In this document: positions 52,461 through 61,812 of the stretch, piece after piece
Position numbering within the stretch: the first letter of the stretch is position 1
How the letters are laid out: the number at the start of each line of letters is the position of its first letter
Assembly (NCBI GenBank): GCA_964367355.1
Contig: CAYIWY010000004.1
Coordinates: 35,976-99,975 of the forward strand
Direction: 5' to 3'
Origin: an uncultured Gammaproteobacteria bacterium
GTDB lineage: Bacteria > Patescibacteriota > Microgenomatia > Woykebacterales > RBG-16-39-9b
Length of the DNA stretch: 64,000 bases
Position numbers and translations under genes: made by a program
The notes under the pieces: generated by a model
Databases searched by the model: none
The model's input: the letters and a program-made list of their open reading frames with translations, nothing else
What the model was told of the DNA's origin: nothing

Positions 52461-52568
52461 TTAGTTCCATCCCCAGGGCAAAGTAATTACGTTAGTAGAA
52501 GCAAGAACTGCGATGATTGCTATTACTAAGGCTGTTAAAGCAATATAAAGCGTTGTGTTTTTTGACAA
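52461..52568 (-). CDS. 35-aa single-TM peptide, paralog 2
   Basis: GGAGGTG SD plus TTG; MSKNTTLYIALTALVIAIIAVLASTNVITLPWGWN. Confidence 0.8.
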   Translation of the reverse strand: MSKNTTLYIALTALVIAIIAVLASTNVITLPWGWN

Positions 52569-52599
52569 TTAAATCACCTCCTTATAATTTAAGCTAAAA

Positions 52600-52707
52600 T
52601 TAGTTAAATCCCCAAGGTAAAGTTATCACGTTCGTTGAAGCAAGCACAGCAACAACAGCTACTACTAATGCGATAAGTGCGACCCAGAGGGCCGTGTTTT
52701 TAGGCAT
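52600..52707 (-). CDS. 35-aa single-TM peptide, paralog 1
   Basis: GGAGGTG SD plus ATG; MPKNTALWVALIALVVAVVAVLASTNVITLPWGFN. Confidence 0.8.
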   Translation of the reverse strand: MPKNTALWVALIALVVAVVAVLASTNVITLPWGFN

Positions 52708-52795
52708 ATTTAAATTGTCACCTCCTTGAGAAAATTAATGAGTTGTTGGGTAGTCATTTGCGATAGATAAATTGTCCTATTCTTTGGTAATTTTG

Positions 52796-54262
52796 TCAAA
52801 CTGAAGAGTCTCCTTTTGGTAAACTGACAAAAAAAGTAGAGCCTTGATTGGTTTTTGATTCAAACCAAATCTTACCTCCGTGAGTCTCAGCAATAACACG
52901 CGATAGATACAAACCTAAACCTAAACCTTGATAATCGTATTGTAAAAGATCAGTGGCCCGATGAAATTTCTTAAACACTAATGGAATTTCCTTTTCGGAT
53001 ATGCCAATACCAGTATCTTTTACACTAACGACAAAATTGTTCTTATCCTCTTCAATAGCTAATGTGACTGAACCGCTGTCCTTGTTAAATTTAATCGCGT
53101 TTTCAACAAGGTTGTTAAACAAAAGTTTTAATCTAGTGCTATCTCCGTTAATAAAATAGTTTTCTGCCGGGGAAACAAAATGGAGTGAAACTTTTTTTGC
53201 CAAAGCCGCAGGTGAATAAAGAGAAATAACCTGATTGATTATTGAAGCTAGATCTAGCTTTGACTCGGTAGAAATTTTTTTATCGGTTTCCAGAGACACA
53301 ATACTTAAAAATTCCTCCACCAGACTTTCAAGTTTTGAAACTGCGACTGAAATAGCCTTGTACTTATCCTTGTAAGGTTTTGTTGCTTTTGGATCTGCAA
53401 TTAACTGGCTAGTGTAGCCTTTTAGAATAGTTAAAGGCGTACGAAGGTTATGGGAAGCAATGATAATAAACTCGTCCTTAAGCCTATCCAAATCCTTTAG
53501 GTCTTCAATATTTTTTTGTAGGGAGCTGGCCATATTGTTTACCGATCCTGCTAAAGTTTCAAGCTCATCACCGGTAACTACAGATATTCTTTCGTTTAGT
53601 TTACCTTTGCTAACTAGTATGGCACCTGAGACAATCTTCTCGATTGGGGAAACAATTAAACGGTTGACTGTAAATAATACAATCAAAGTTGACAATATTG
53701 CGACTAAAAAACTAGTACCCAGTACAATCGCAATTGTGTAAACAAGACTTTCACGAATGCTATCGTAATTTAAGAAAAAACGAAATGAATATGGGTGTGC
53801 CCCAAAATCGTCAAAGAAAGGTTCAATAATCACGGTTACTTCACCAAGACTGTTTTTGAATTCACTGTGTGTGTCGGAATTAACCGCATTTATTGTTTCT
53901 AGTTCAGTAATTTTTCTATCAGAATTACTCGGGGTAGCGGAGTCATAAAGTACGACTGCATTAACGTCAATTATTTGGAAACTTCGTACACTTTTTTCAA
54001 GCTCTAGTGTTTTTTCAGTTATTTCTCTCATTTTGATATCACCCGAGTCAAAATAGGTTTCGTAAGCACTAGCTAGCGGTTTGACCGAAAGACTAGTAAA
54101 ACCCCGTGCCGAATTTAGGAGGGCCTGTCTTTGGTCGCTTAATTGGTAGGTAATAAATACTATTGAGATCAGGGCGGCCAGAAGAAATAAAATAGAAAGT
54201 AGTAAGATAAGAAACTTTACTTTAAGTGATTTTTTAGCAAATCTGAACATGGGCAGGCTCAT
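52796..54262 (-). CDS. Membrane HAMP sensor histidine kinase
   Basis: Two TMs, HAMP, SHNLRTPL, NLVENAIKF, GLGLGL. Confidence 0.92.
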   Translation of the reverse strand: MSLPMFRFAKKSLKVKFLILLLSILFLLAALISIVFITYQLSDQRQALLNSARGFTSLSVKPLASAYETYFDSGDIKMREITEKTLELEKSVRSFQIIDVNAVVLYDSATPSNSDRKITELETINAVNSDTHSEFKNSLGEVTVIIEPFFDDFGAHPYSFRFFLNYDSIRESLVYTIAIVLGTSFLVAILSTLIVLFTVNRLIVSPIEKIVSGAILVSKGKLNERISVVTGDELETLAGSVNNMASSLQKNIEDLKDLDRLKDEFIIIASHNLRTPLTILKGYTSQLIADPKATKPYKDKYKAISVAVSKLESLVEEFLSIVSLETDKKISTESKLDLASIINQVISLYSPAALAKKVSLHFVSPAENYFINGDSTRLKLLFNNLVENAIKFNKDSGSVTLAIEEDKNNFVVSVKDTGIGISEKEIPLVFKKFHRATDLLQYDYQGLGLGLYLSRVIAETHGGKIWFESKTNQGSTFFVSLPKGDSSV

Positions 54263-54279
54263 GATTTAATAGGGATACT

Positions 54280-55905
54280 TTAGTAGCTTTTGTTTCGGAT
54301 TTCTCGACCGGTTACTGACTCAAGTATGAAGTCAGCTAAAGCATTTGTTGAAAAGTCGTAATTGTTGCGAAGTACAAATGTATTAGTTATAGAGTAAAGA
54401 GGGACAACAGGAACATCAGCAACAATTTCTTCAACTAAGCTTTCGAGTAGTTTTTTCCTTTCGGTTGGAACAAAACTTTTGTTTATCTTGTCAATTTCTT
54501 GATCGACTTTTGAATTCGAATAACTTAGAAGATTGGAATCTGCCTCTGTGCGGAAAATGCCGTCAATGTATTCTCCACCGTCATTAGCCGTCGGACCTGC
54601 AATAAAGGCTGCTGCTTTTCCGGAAAACAGATCTTTGACTAGTGAACCGAAGGTTTCAACGGTTATAACGCTTGTTTTAATATCGGAGTCTGCTAGTTCT
54701 GCAGAAACAGCCTTAGCAACCTCTTCACGGTCGGCTGTAGTATAAATATCGAACTCAAGATTTGCTGAATTGGCATCTTTAAGTAGTGCCTTTGCCTTGA
54801 CTGTGTCCTTAACACTGTCTTGAATTTCGCTGTTGTAGCCGACAATTGATTTAGTAATGAATTGGTTGGCTTTTTTTCCAGAGACGGATGCGACTTTGAT
54901 GACATTGTTATTATCGATAGAAAGTTTAACTGCTTCTCTTACGTTTTTTTGTAACAAAGGGTTTGGCTTACCATTCAATTTTGTGGCAGCAAAATTGATC
55001 AATAACATGACAACTCTAGGTTCGTCTTCCTGGCGGATTTGAAATTCATCCCCCAAATTTGTTTGCTTTGTTTCTACCCGTGCATAGTCAATTTCCTTAT
55101 TTTTTAACGCTTTAAGCATGTCGTCGTCAGTTTCATAAACGATAAATTTAGCCGTCTTAAGCTTTGGTTTTTCACCCCAGTAGCCATCAAACCGCTCAAC
55201 TTCAGCTTTTTTATCTTTTGTGAAACGCACGATTTTAAACGGGCCGGTTCCGGAAACCTTATCCAAACCATCGCGTTCAATTTGCTTTTTGGAAAGAATG
55301 TAAACGTCAGTAATACGATTTAGTAATATTGGGTCCGGTTTACTTGTAATTATATCCACGGTTTTGTCGTCAATTATTCTTATTTCTTTAATTGTTGAAA
55401 CTGAGTTTGTTGAGGGCCAAGATTTTTCTTCATTGTCGGCGTTTTCTAAGACCTGGTCAAATGAGTATTTAACATCATCAACCGTTAGTATGTCCCCAGA
55501 CTGGAATTTAATTCCAGTACGAATGGTGAACCGCCAGGTTGAAGTATCCGGGTTAGTCCATTTGGTTGCAATTGCGGGAACGATACTCGATCCTCGAACC
55601 TTAGTCAGAGCTTCAAATACCGCGTCATTAAAATTATTAGCGTCAACTGTGGGTGGATTTGAACTTGTTGGATATATTCCTGACAATGTTGTCCATCCTA
55701 AGTTAATTTGTTCAGTTTCCAATCCAGTCACGACCCTGGCTTCTTTGGGTTTTTCCTTAAGGAAAAAGATATAAGCCAGGAAAGCCCCAATAGATAGAAT
55801 TAGAAGAAAAATAATAATTTTTGAGAAATTTCCAAAAGAAAAATTTGCTTTTTGAGGATTAATTGTGCTCACTTGAGCGCTGGCTGATGTTTGTTCTTCA
55901 GGCAT
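54280..55905 (-). CDS. ABC substrate-binding protein, family 5, TM-anchored
   Basis: FQSGDILTVDDVKYS; SGTGPF; YWGEKP. Confidence 0.88.
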   Translation of the reverse strand: MPEEQTSASAQVSTINPQKANFSFGNFSKIIIFLLILSIGAFLAYIFFLKEKPKEARVVTGLETEQINLGWTTLSGIYPTSSNPPTVDANNFNDAVFEALTKVRGSSIVPAIATKWTNPDTSTWRFTIRTGIKFQSGDILTVDDVKYSFDQVLENADNEEKSWPSTNSVSTIKEIRIIDDKTVDIITSKPDPILLNRITDVYILSKKQIERDGLDKVSGTGPFKIVRFTKDKKAEVERFDGYWGEKPKLKTAKFIVYETDDDMLKALKNKEIDYARVETKQTNLGDEFQIRQEDEPRVVMLLINFAATKLNGKPNPLLQKNVREAVKLSIDNNNVIKVASVSGKKANQFITKSIVGYNSEIQDSVKDTVKAKALLKDANSANLEFDIYTTADREEVAKAVSAELADSDIKTSVITVETFGSLVKDLFSGKAAAFIAGPTANDGGEYIDGIFRTEADSNLLSYSNSKVDQEIDKINKSFVPTERKKLLESLVEEIVADVPVVPLYSITNTFVLRNNYDFSTNALADFILESVTGREIRNKSY

Positions 55906-56056
55906 TGTTATAATTATAGCAAATTTTGAAAATGTAAAGCAATGGACACAAATTTCCGATACGGAGGGTTTGCCAACGCAGGGGACGGTAGACAAAAAAG
56001 CGTACAAAAAAACCTCGCGCGAAGCGAGGCTTTTTGTAATGCATTGTTTGACCTAA

Positions 56057-56254
56057 TTAGGCAAGTTTTACATTCTTTGCACTTGGGCCTTTTTGACCAT
56101 CAACAACATCAAATGTAACTGATGCGCCGACTTCGAGAGCGTCAAAAGAAACATCGATTAAATCGTTAGAGTGGAAGAAAAGATCTTTGGTTTCTCCTTC
56201 TCGAGAAATAAATCCAAAGCCTTTTTCTGTTTTTGTTTTAATTGTTCCGTCCAT
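56057..56254 (-). CDS. Cold-shock domain protein
   Basis: KGFGFI (RNP1), LFFH (RNP2), GQKGPSAKNV. Confidence 0.95.
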   Translation of the reverse strand: MDGTIKTKTEKGFGFISREGETKDLFFHSNDLIDVSFDALEVGASVTFDVVDGQKGPSAKNVKLA

Positions 56255-56478
56255 AGTTTTATTGTGTAGATTTTTTATTAAAAGCTACTAATACCTCCTT
56301 TCATTTTTGATTATACTCTATTTGCTACTAATTAGCTAATTGAGACTAATTGGCACTGTTATTTTGCAGACAACACACCCAATTTTTCGTACCTCGGAAA
56401 TAGCAGGATTCTCACGTAGGTTCGAGTCAACTCCAGAAACTAAAAAAGAAACTTGAGATGGACCCAACTGACTTCTTC

Positions 56479-56534
56479 TGGCTGCCAGACTAAGTCGCTT
56501 CGCGCCTTGCGACCACTTCGTGGGCTAAGGATTC
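56479..56534. repeat. 56-bp direct repeat: tRNA-Gln 3' end interrupted by a REP-like hairpin
   Basis: Identical to 58446-58501. Confidence 0.9.
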
Positions 56535-56786
56535 GAAAATCTAATCTTGTCTATGACAAACCAGAAAGTATGTTCGAAGTTTCAAACACACTTTCTGGCT
56601 GGCGAAGTTGCCCGCAGGTGGAACCTCATTGAACCTAGTCTCCACAATACCTACGAAAAACTAATGAATCTGGGTTTTATCTTCCACAACGGACAAGTCA
56701 CTAAAATACTACAAGAAAAAAGAGAATAAAAATGATTTAAAAATAACTCCTTGAAATTCTTTCTTTTAGTTGTAATAATATTACAA

Positions 56787-58397
56787 ATGCCTGAAAGTTC
56801 ACCCATTTCTACACCTGTAGTAGAAAATTTTAACACATCCTTATCACAAACAGTTAAAACTCCAACGAAACCACGAAAGCCGATCCTTATTATATTGGTC
56901 TTAATATTATTATTTGTGGGTGCGGCAGTTTTTGCATTCATTTGGAATCAGAGGGGAGATCAGTTAAGAGTGCTTGATAATGGAAACTCGTCTCTTCTAA
57001 AAGACCGAGTGTTTGTACGCTACGAGGAAAATGGTGCGTACGAGAAAGACTCTAGTACAGGTGAGGTTAAAAAAATAACAGATGCTAAAGGTAATGTTAA
57101 CAGCATTCGCAAAAAGACGTTTGAAATAACTTTGGAAAAAAATGGCACAAAGCATCCCGTAATCCTAGACGATAAAACTATAGAGTTTGGTGCAACTACG
57201 GACAATAAACTTTATTCGATATCATGCAGTGTTGCGGAAGATGGAATGGTAGGTGCAGATAACGCTAGTTTTACAGTCCAGTTCTATGACCAAGATGGCA
57301 ATAAAACTAAACAAGCAAATTGGAAAGAACAGGATACAACGAGACCTGCTGATTTAGGAAATGACTGCCAGAGCAACTATTTTAGTATTCGCTCAAATCG
57401 GGTTGATTTTGCTGCACGTAACTACGGGCGTGAATTAGTTGATGATCTTAACTACAAGCTTGTCTTTGTTAAGAATGATGGTTCAAAACAAGATGTGGAT
57501 ATTGAGACTACGGCAGACATCAATATTCCATTGGGTCCAACCCCAGATAAAAAATTATTTCTCTACAATCGAATTAGTGCGAAAAGATTGCCCGATGGCT
57601 GTGGTGGTCCGATAACTGAGTTACCGTACAAGGTAGTAGACTTTTCAGGTCCAATTAACGAGCTGCATGCTGTCGATCTCTTGGCTAAAAAAGACACTCT
57701 CATCGGAACAGAGAAATCCTTTTCCGCGACAGATCATCAGATTAATTTAAGCCACAGAGGTGATTTTTCAAAAGATAGCGCTAGGTATTACCTAGTTGAT
57801 GTAGGATCTGTCGGCCACGGTGGCTGTTCTGATGGTAATATTGTACCAATACGTATACCTTATATTGATCTTAAAACTAACAAATTAGAAACAATTTCTT
57901 CACCTGATGGGAAAGAGTACTCCAACTATTGTTTCAATGAAAATGTAAATTACATTTTAGAATCTGGGGTTGTAGATGACTATGACGATGCAACTCCAGC
58001 CAAAACTCCAGCAGCACCTACAGTTTTAAATATCATGAATAGCACTGTTTACCAAGATAACAATCTTACTGATGGATTTGGCTGTGAAAGTTGGCTGCCA
58101 AACACTTTTATGAAGTTAGATACAACTGCCGACGAAACAGAAGAAGAACACACTTATTCCCTTCTTGGTTTCAGCACCTTCGATCCAGCTACTAAAGCTA
58201 TTCAGAAAACTACCTTGAAAACGCCTGTATTGTACAAGTCGGTGTTATTCCTTAAGGGTAGTTTTATCTCTAGTATTCAAAAAACTGGTGCTGCTAATGT
58301 TGGCTATATTAATAGAGATAGGGTGGAAAAGACTGTCCTATTCAACGCCAAAACCGGAGAAATCCAGGAAGTAGATTACGCGCAACTTGTGTTGTGA
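56787..58397 (+). CDS. Membrane-anchored extracellular hypothetical protein (beta-rich, several Cys)
   Basis: N-terminal TM; long ORF between att-like repeats. Confidence 0.75.
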   Translation: MPESSPISTPVVENFNTSLSQTVKTPTKPRKPILIILVLILLFVGAAVFAFIWNQRGDQLRVLDNGNSSLLKDRVFVRYEENGAYEKDSSTGEVKKITDAKGNVNSIRKKTFEITLEKNGTKHPVILDDKTIEFGATTDNKLYSISCSVAEDGMVGADNASFTVQFYDQDGNKTKQANWKEQDTTRPADLGNDCQSNYFSIRSNRVDFAARNYGRELVDDLNYKLVFVKNDGSKQDVDIETTADINIPLGPTPDKKLFLYNRISAKRLPDGCGGPITELPYKVVDFSGPINELHAVDLLAKKDTLIGTEKSFSATDHQINLSHRGDFSKDSARYYLVDVGSVGHGGCSDGNIVPIRIPYIDLKTNKLETISSPDGKEYSNYCFNENVNYILESGVVDDYDDATPAKTPAAPTVLNIMNSTVYQDNNLTDGFGCESWLPNTFMKLDTTADETEEEHTYSLLGFSTFDPATKAIQKTTLKTPVLYKSVLFLKGSFISSIQKTGAANVGYINRDRVEKTVLFNAKTGEIQEVDYAQLVL

Positions 58398-58445
58398 TCC
58401 TGTTATTAAAACTCCTAAATTGTTCCGAAAAACCCCACTATTTTT

Positions 58446-58501
58446 TGGCTGCCAGACTAAGTCGCTTCGCGCCTTGCGACCACTTCGTGGGCTAAGGATT
58501 C
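58446..58501. repeat. 56-bp direct repeat, copy next to tRNA-Gln
   Basis: Identical to 56479-56534. Confidence 0.9.
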
Positions 58502-58569
58502 TCACGTAGGTTCGAATCAGCTCTAGAAACTAGAAAAAGACACTTGAGATAAACTCAATTGCCTTTTTC

Positions 58570-58643
58570 TGGCTGCCAGACTAGGATTCGAACCTAGATA
58601 ACGGGATCCAAATTCCCGTGTCCTACCATTAGACGATCTGGCA
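58570..58643 (-). tRNA. tRNA-Gln(UUG)
   Basis: Cloverleaf, anticodon TTG, CCA. Confidence 0.94.
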
Positions 58644-58722
58644 ACGCGTGCTCAGTATAGCATTTTAGGCTTAGAGAATCCAGATAATTTCTGTAACCTC
58701 TTTTTAAGACTATTTCCTTGAC

Positions 58723-59649
58723 TTGAAGCTTAATTCTAGGCTAGACTTGAATAAAGAAAGCAAAAAAACTGTGGAAGAAAATCCTAAGCTTAATTCAGTT
58801 CCGCCAACAACAGAAGCCTACAACCGAGCGATTCGGGAATTGACGCATGCCAACTTGCGTTTGCATCAATTGGATAAGGCAAAGGATGAGTTTATTTCCA
58901 TCGCCAGCCACGAACTACGCAACCCGATGGCAATTATTAAAGGGACCATTAGTATGATTTTGGCGGGGGATGATGGTGAAATTAACCCCGAGGTTAAGAA
59001 TGATTTGAGGGATGTAATGGTTGTAGTTGCTCGCCAAATTAGAATGGTTAATGAACTACTCGATATTTCCCGAATTGAAGCAGGGGTAATCTATTTTAAT
59101 TTACTTTCCGAGCTTGATCTTGTGAATTTAGCGCATTTGCTTGAGGCTTCACTGAATTTGGTTGCCGATCAGAATAGTGTTAAAATAGTTGTTGTACCTA
59201 GTCCAAATATTCCCAAAATTCAAGGTGATCAGGACAAAATTTCCCAAGTATTGATTAATTTAGTTTCCAATGCCTTAAAATTTACAAATAACGGATCAAT
59301 CACAGTTAGCTTCAAAAAAGCTGGTGATTTTGTTGTAACTTCGGTAACCGATACTGGATCTGGAATGCCGGAAGAAAAAAAGGAGGAATTATTTAAAAAA
59401 TTTACCAAACCAGCTGATCCAACGGTAGCGACTATGTCAACTGGAAGCGGGTTGGGACTTTATATTTCGAAAAAATTTGTCGAGCACTTAGGTGGTAAAC
59501 TTTGGCTTGAAAGAAGTGAACCTGGAAAAGGTTCGACCTTTTGCTTTTCAATGCCAATTACTGGGAGCACTTCAGCCAAAGAGGTAGAGGATGATATTGC
59601 GGTGTTACAAAATCTTAAGCAAGTTTATTTTAAAACTAAAGGAGGATAG
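58723..59649 (+). CDS. Cytoplasmic histidine kinase without a sensor domain (start uncertain)
   Basis: SHELRNPM, NLVSNALKF, DTGSG, GSGLGL. Confidence 0.9.
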   Translation: MKLNSRLDLNKESKKTVEENPKLNSVPPTTEAYNRAIRELTHANLRLHQLDKAKDEFISIASHELRNPMAIIKGTISMILAGDDGEINPEVKNDLRDVMVVVARQIRMVNELLDISRIEAGVIYFNLLSELDLVNLAHLLEASLNLVADQNSVKIVVVPSPNIPKIQGDQDKISQVLINLVSNALKFTNNGSITVSFKKAGDFVVTSVTDTGSGMPEEKKEELFKKFTKPADPTVATMSTGSGLGLYISKKFVEHLGGKLWLERSEPGKGSTFCFSMPITGSTSAKEVEDDIAVLQNLKQVYFKTKGG

Positions 59650-59653
59650 CAAA

Positions 59654-60022
59654 ATGAGTAAAGTCGTTTTAGTTGAAGATGATGAGCTGTTTGTAAAAAT
59701 GTATCAGAAGAAATTTGTCCGTGAGGGTATTGATCTGGATGTTGCTTTTAACGGTGAAGACGGTTTTAACAAAATAAAGGAATTAAAACCTGATATTGTA
59801 ATTTTGGATTTAATGATGCCAAAAATGGGTGGTGTGGAGGTTTTACGTAAGCTTAGTGCAGATTCAGATTTGAAAGACATACCGGTGATTGTGATGACAA
59901 ATCTTAATGCTGGTTCCGAAGAAGTCAACGAAGCAATGAGTTTAGGAGTAAAGGAAACCGTCTTAAAAACCGATGTAACACCAGAACAAATTGTTGGCAT
60001 TGTCAGAAAATATCTAACATAG
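59654..60022 (+). CDS. Single-domain response regulator
   Basis: LVEDD...ILDLMMPKMGG; GGAGG SD. Confidence 0.93.
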   Translation: MSKVVLVEDDELFVKMYQKKFVREGIDLDVAFNGEDGFNKIKELKPDIVILDLMMPKMGGVEVLRKLSADSDLKDIPVIVMTNLNAGSEEVNEAMSLGVKETVLKTDVTPEQIVGIVRKYLT

Positions 60023-61708
60023 ATGAAATTATCAAATCAAGAAATAAAAGATTCAGTTGTTAAATCTGGTTTTGTTACTAACGAGGATTTGAAACAAGCT
60101 GAAAAAATAGCCCACGATCAAAACCGCTCATTGGTTGAAATTTTGATTGAACGGGGAATTTTGGTTGAGAAATTTTTAGGTCAAATTTTAGCTGAAACAT
60201 TAAACTATCCTTACGTAGATTTGCGTAACAAGATTATCCCGGATGAGATTCTAAACTTAATTGATGAAAAATTTGCCAGCGAACACCGAATCCTCGTTTT
60301 TGATAAGCACGATAAGACCTTATCTCTGGCAATGGAAAATCCGGATGATATCGAAATCGTCGAGTTTATCAAAAAGAAAACTAACTTTTTGGTGGAAGTG
60401 TTTTTCAGTTTGCCGGCGGTTATGGATGAAGGTTTGGATCAATACCGCAAAGATATTCAACTCGATTTTGAAAAATCTATTTCGAAACATATTTCGCAGG
60501 CGGAAAAAATGGCAATTCTGGGGGCGGCGGATTTACCGGTTGTCAAAATACTAGACGCTCTGCTTGATTACGCGGCCAGTGAACAAGCGTCTGATTTGCA
60601 TATTGAAAACGTCGGTGACCGTCTGGTGGTGCGCTTTCGGATTGACGGTAAGCTCAAAGACGTACTCGATTTACCCGACAAAATCCAATCTGGTCTAATA
60701 ACCAGAATAAAAATTCTAGCAAATCTACGTACCGACGAGCATCGCATACCCCAAGACGGGCGTTTTCGTTTTAGACATCGGGTTGACGAAATTTCTGTCA
60801 GGGTTTCGATATTGCCGACGTTCCATGGAGAGGACGCTGTCTTGAGATTGCTTTCCTCGGCGGCTCGTCCCAAAACCCTTGAAGGTTTGGGATTAACAGG
60901 GTCCAATTTGCAAAAAATTGAAGCAGAATTAAAAAAACCACACGGCATGATTCTTTCGACTGGTCCGACCGGTAGTGGAAAAACAACAACTTTGTACAAC
61001 ATTTTGACAATTTTAAATACGGCCGAAGTTAACATTTGTACAATTGAAGATCCAATTGAGTATGGTTTGGCTCGGGTTAACCAAACGCAAGTTAATCCTG
61101 CGGCTGGGTTAACTTTTGCCAATGGGCTGCGGTCAATACTGCGACATGATCCTGACATTATTCTAGTCGGTGAAATTCGTGATCAAGAAACTGCCGAAAT
61201 TGCTATTCACTCCGCTTTAACCGGACATCTGGTACTTTCGTCACTACACACAAACGATGCTATCGGGGCAATCCCAAGATTAATCGATCTTGGAGCGCAG
61301 GCGTATTTGATTGGTTCTAGTTTAAGTTTGGTTATCGCTCAAAGGCTAGTTTCGCGCAATTGTCAAAGTTGTTTGGTTGTCGAGGAGATAAAACCGGATA
61401 TGCTCAAGTTACTGAAAACCGAATTTGGTACGGAAACCCCAGAGAATTTCCTGAAAGAAGCAAAACAGCATCGTGGTAAAGGCTGCAAAGTCTGCAACAA
61501 TGAAGGTTTTCACGGTCGAATCGGTATTTTTGAAGTGCTAGACATTAGTGAAAAAATCAAAGAGCTTATTTATACTAAAGCGCCAGTTAACGAAATTGAA
61601 GCAGAGGCAAAAAGAGAAGGTTTCAGCCGGATGTTTATCGATGGCTTAGCCAAAGTGCAAGCTGGCCAGACAACGATCGAGGAAGTTTTCGGAGCGGTCA
61701 GAGAATGA
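60023..61708 (+). CDS. pilB: Type IV pilus assembly ATPase PilB/GspE family
   Basis: GPTGSGKTT, EDPIE, LRHDPD, tetracysteine motif. Confidence 0.92.
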   Translation: MKLSNQEIKDSVVKSGFVTNEDLKQAEKIAHDQNRSLVEILIERGILVEKFLGQILAETLNYPYVDLRNKIIPDEILNLIDEKFASEHRILVFDKHDKTLSLAMENPDDIEIVEFIKKKTNFLVEVFFSLPAVMDEGLDQYRKDIQLDFEKSISKHISQAEKMAILGAADLPVVKILDALLDYAASEQASDLHIENVGDRLVVRFRIDGKLKDVLDLPDKIQSGLITRIKILANLRTDEHRIPQDGRFRFRHRVDEISVRVSILPTFHGEDAVLRLLSSAARPKTLEGLGLTGSNLQKIEAELKKPHGMILSTGPTGSGKTTTLYNILTILNTAEVNICTIEDPIEYGLARVNQTQVNPAAGLTFANGLRSILRHDPDIILVGEIRDQETAEIAIHSALTGHLVLSSLHTNDAIGAIPRLIDLGAQAYLIGSSLSLVIAQRLVSRNCQSCLVVEEIKPDMLKLLKTEFGTETPENFLKEAKQHRGKGCKVCNNEGFHGRIGIFEVLDISEKIKELIYTKAPVNEIEAEAKREGFSRMFIDGLAKVQAGQTTIEEVFGAVRE

Positions 61709-61810
61709 ACCTCCGAGGGTTAAAACCCTCGGTTTCATCTCTAAAGTTTCGTTTTCTTCGGTCTTCATCCGTGGATTAAGAATCCACGGTTTTAGGCACG
61801 CGAAAATAAA
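61704..61810. mobile_element. 107-bp two-hairpin miniature element, copy 2
   Basis: Near-identical to 42631-42737. Confidence 0.8.
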
Positions 61811-61812
61811 AT

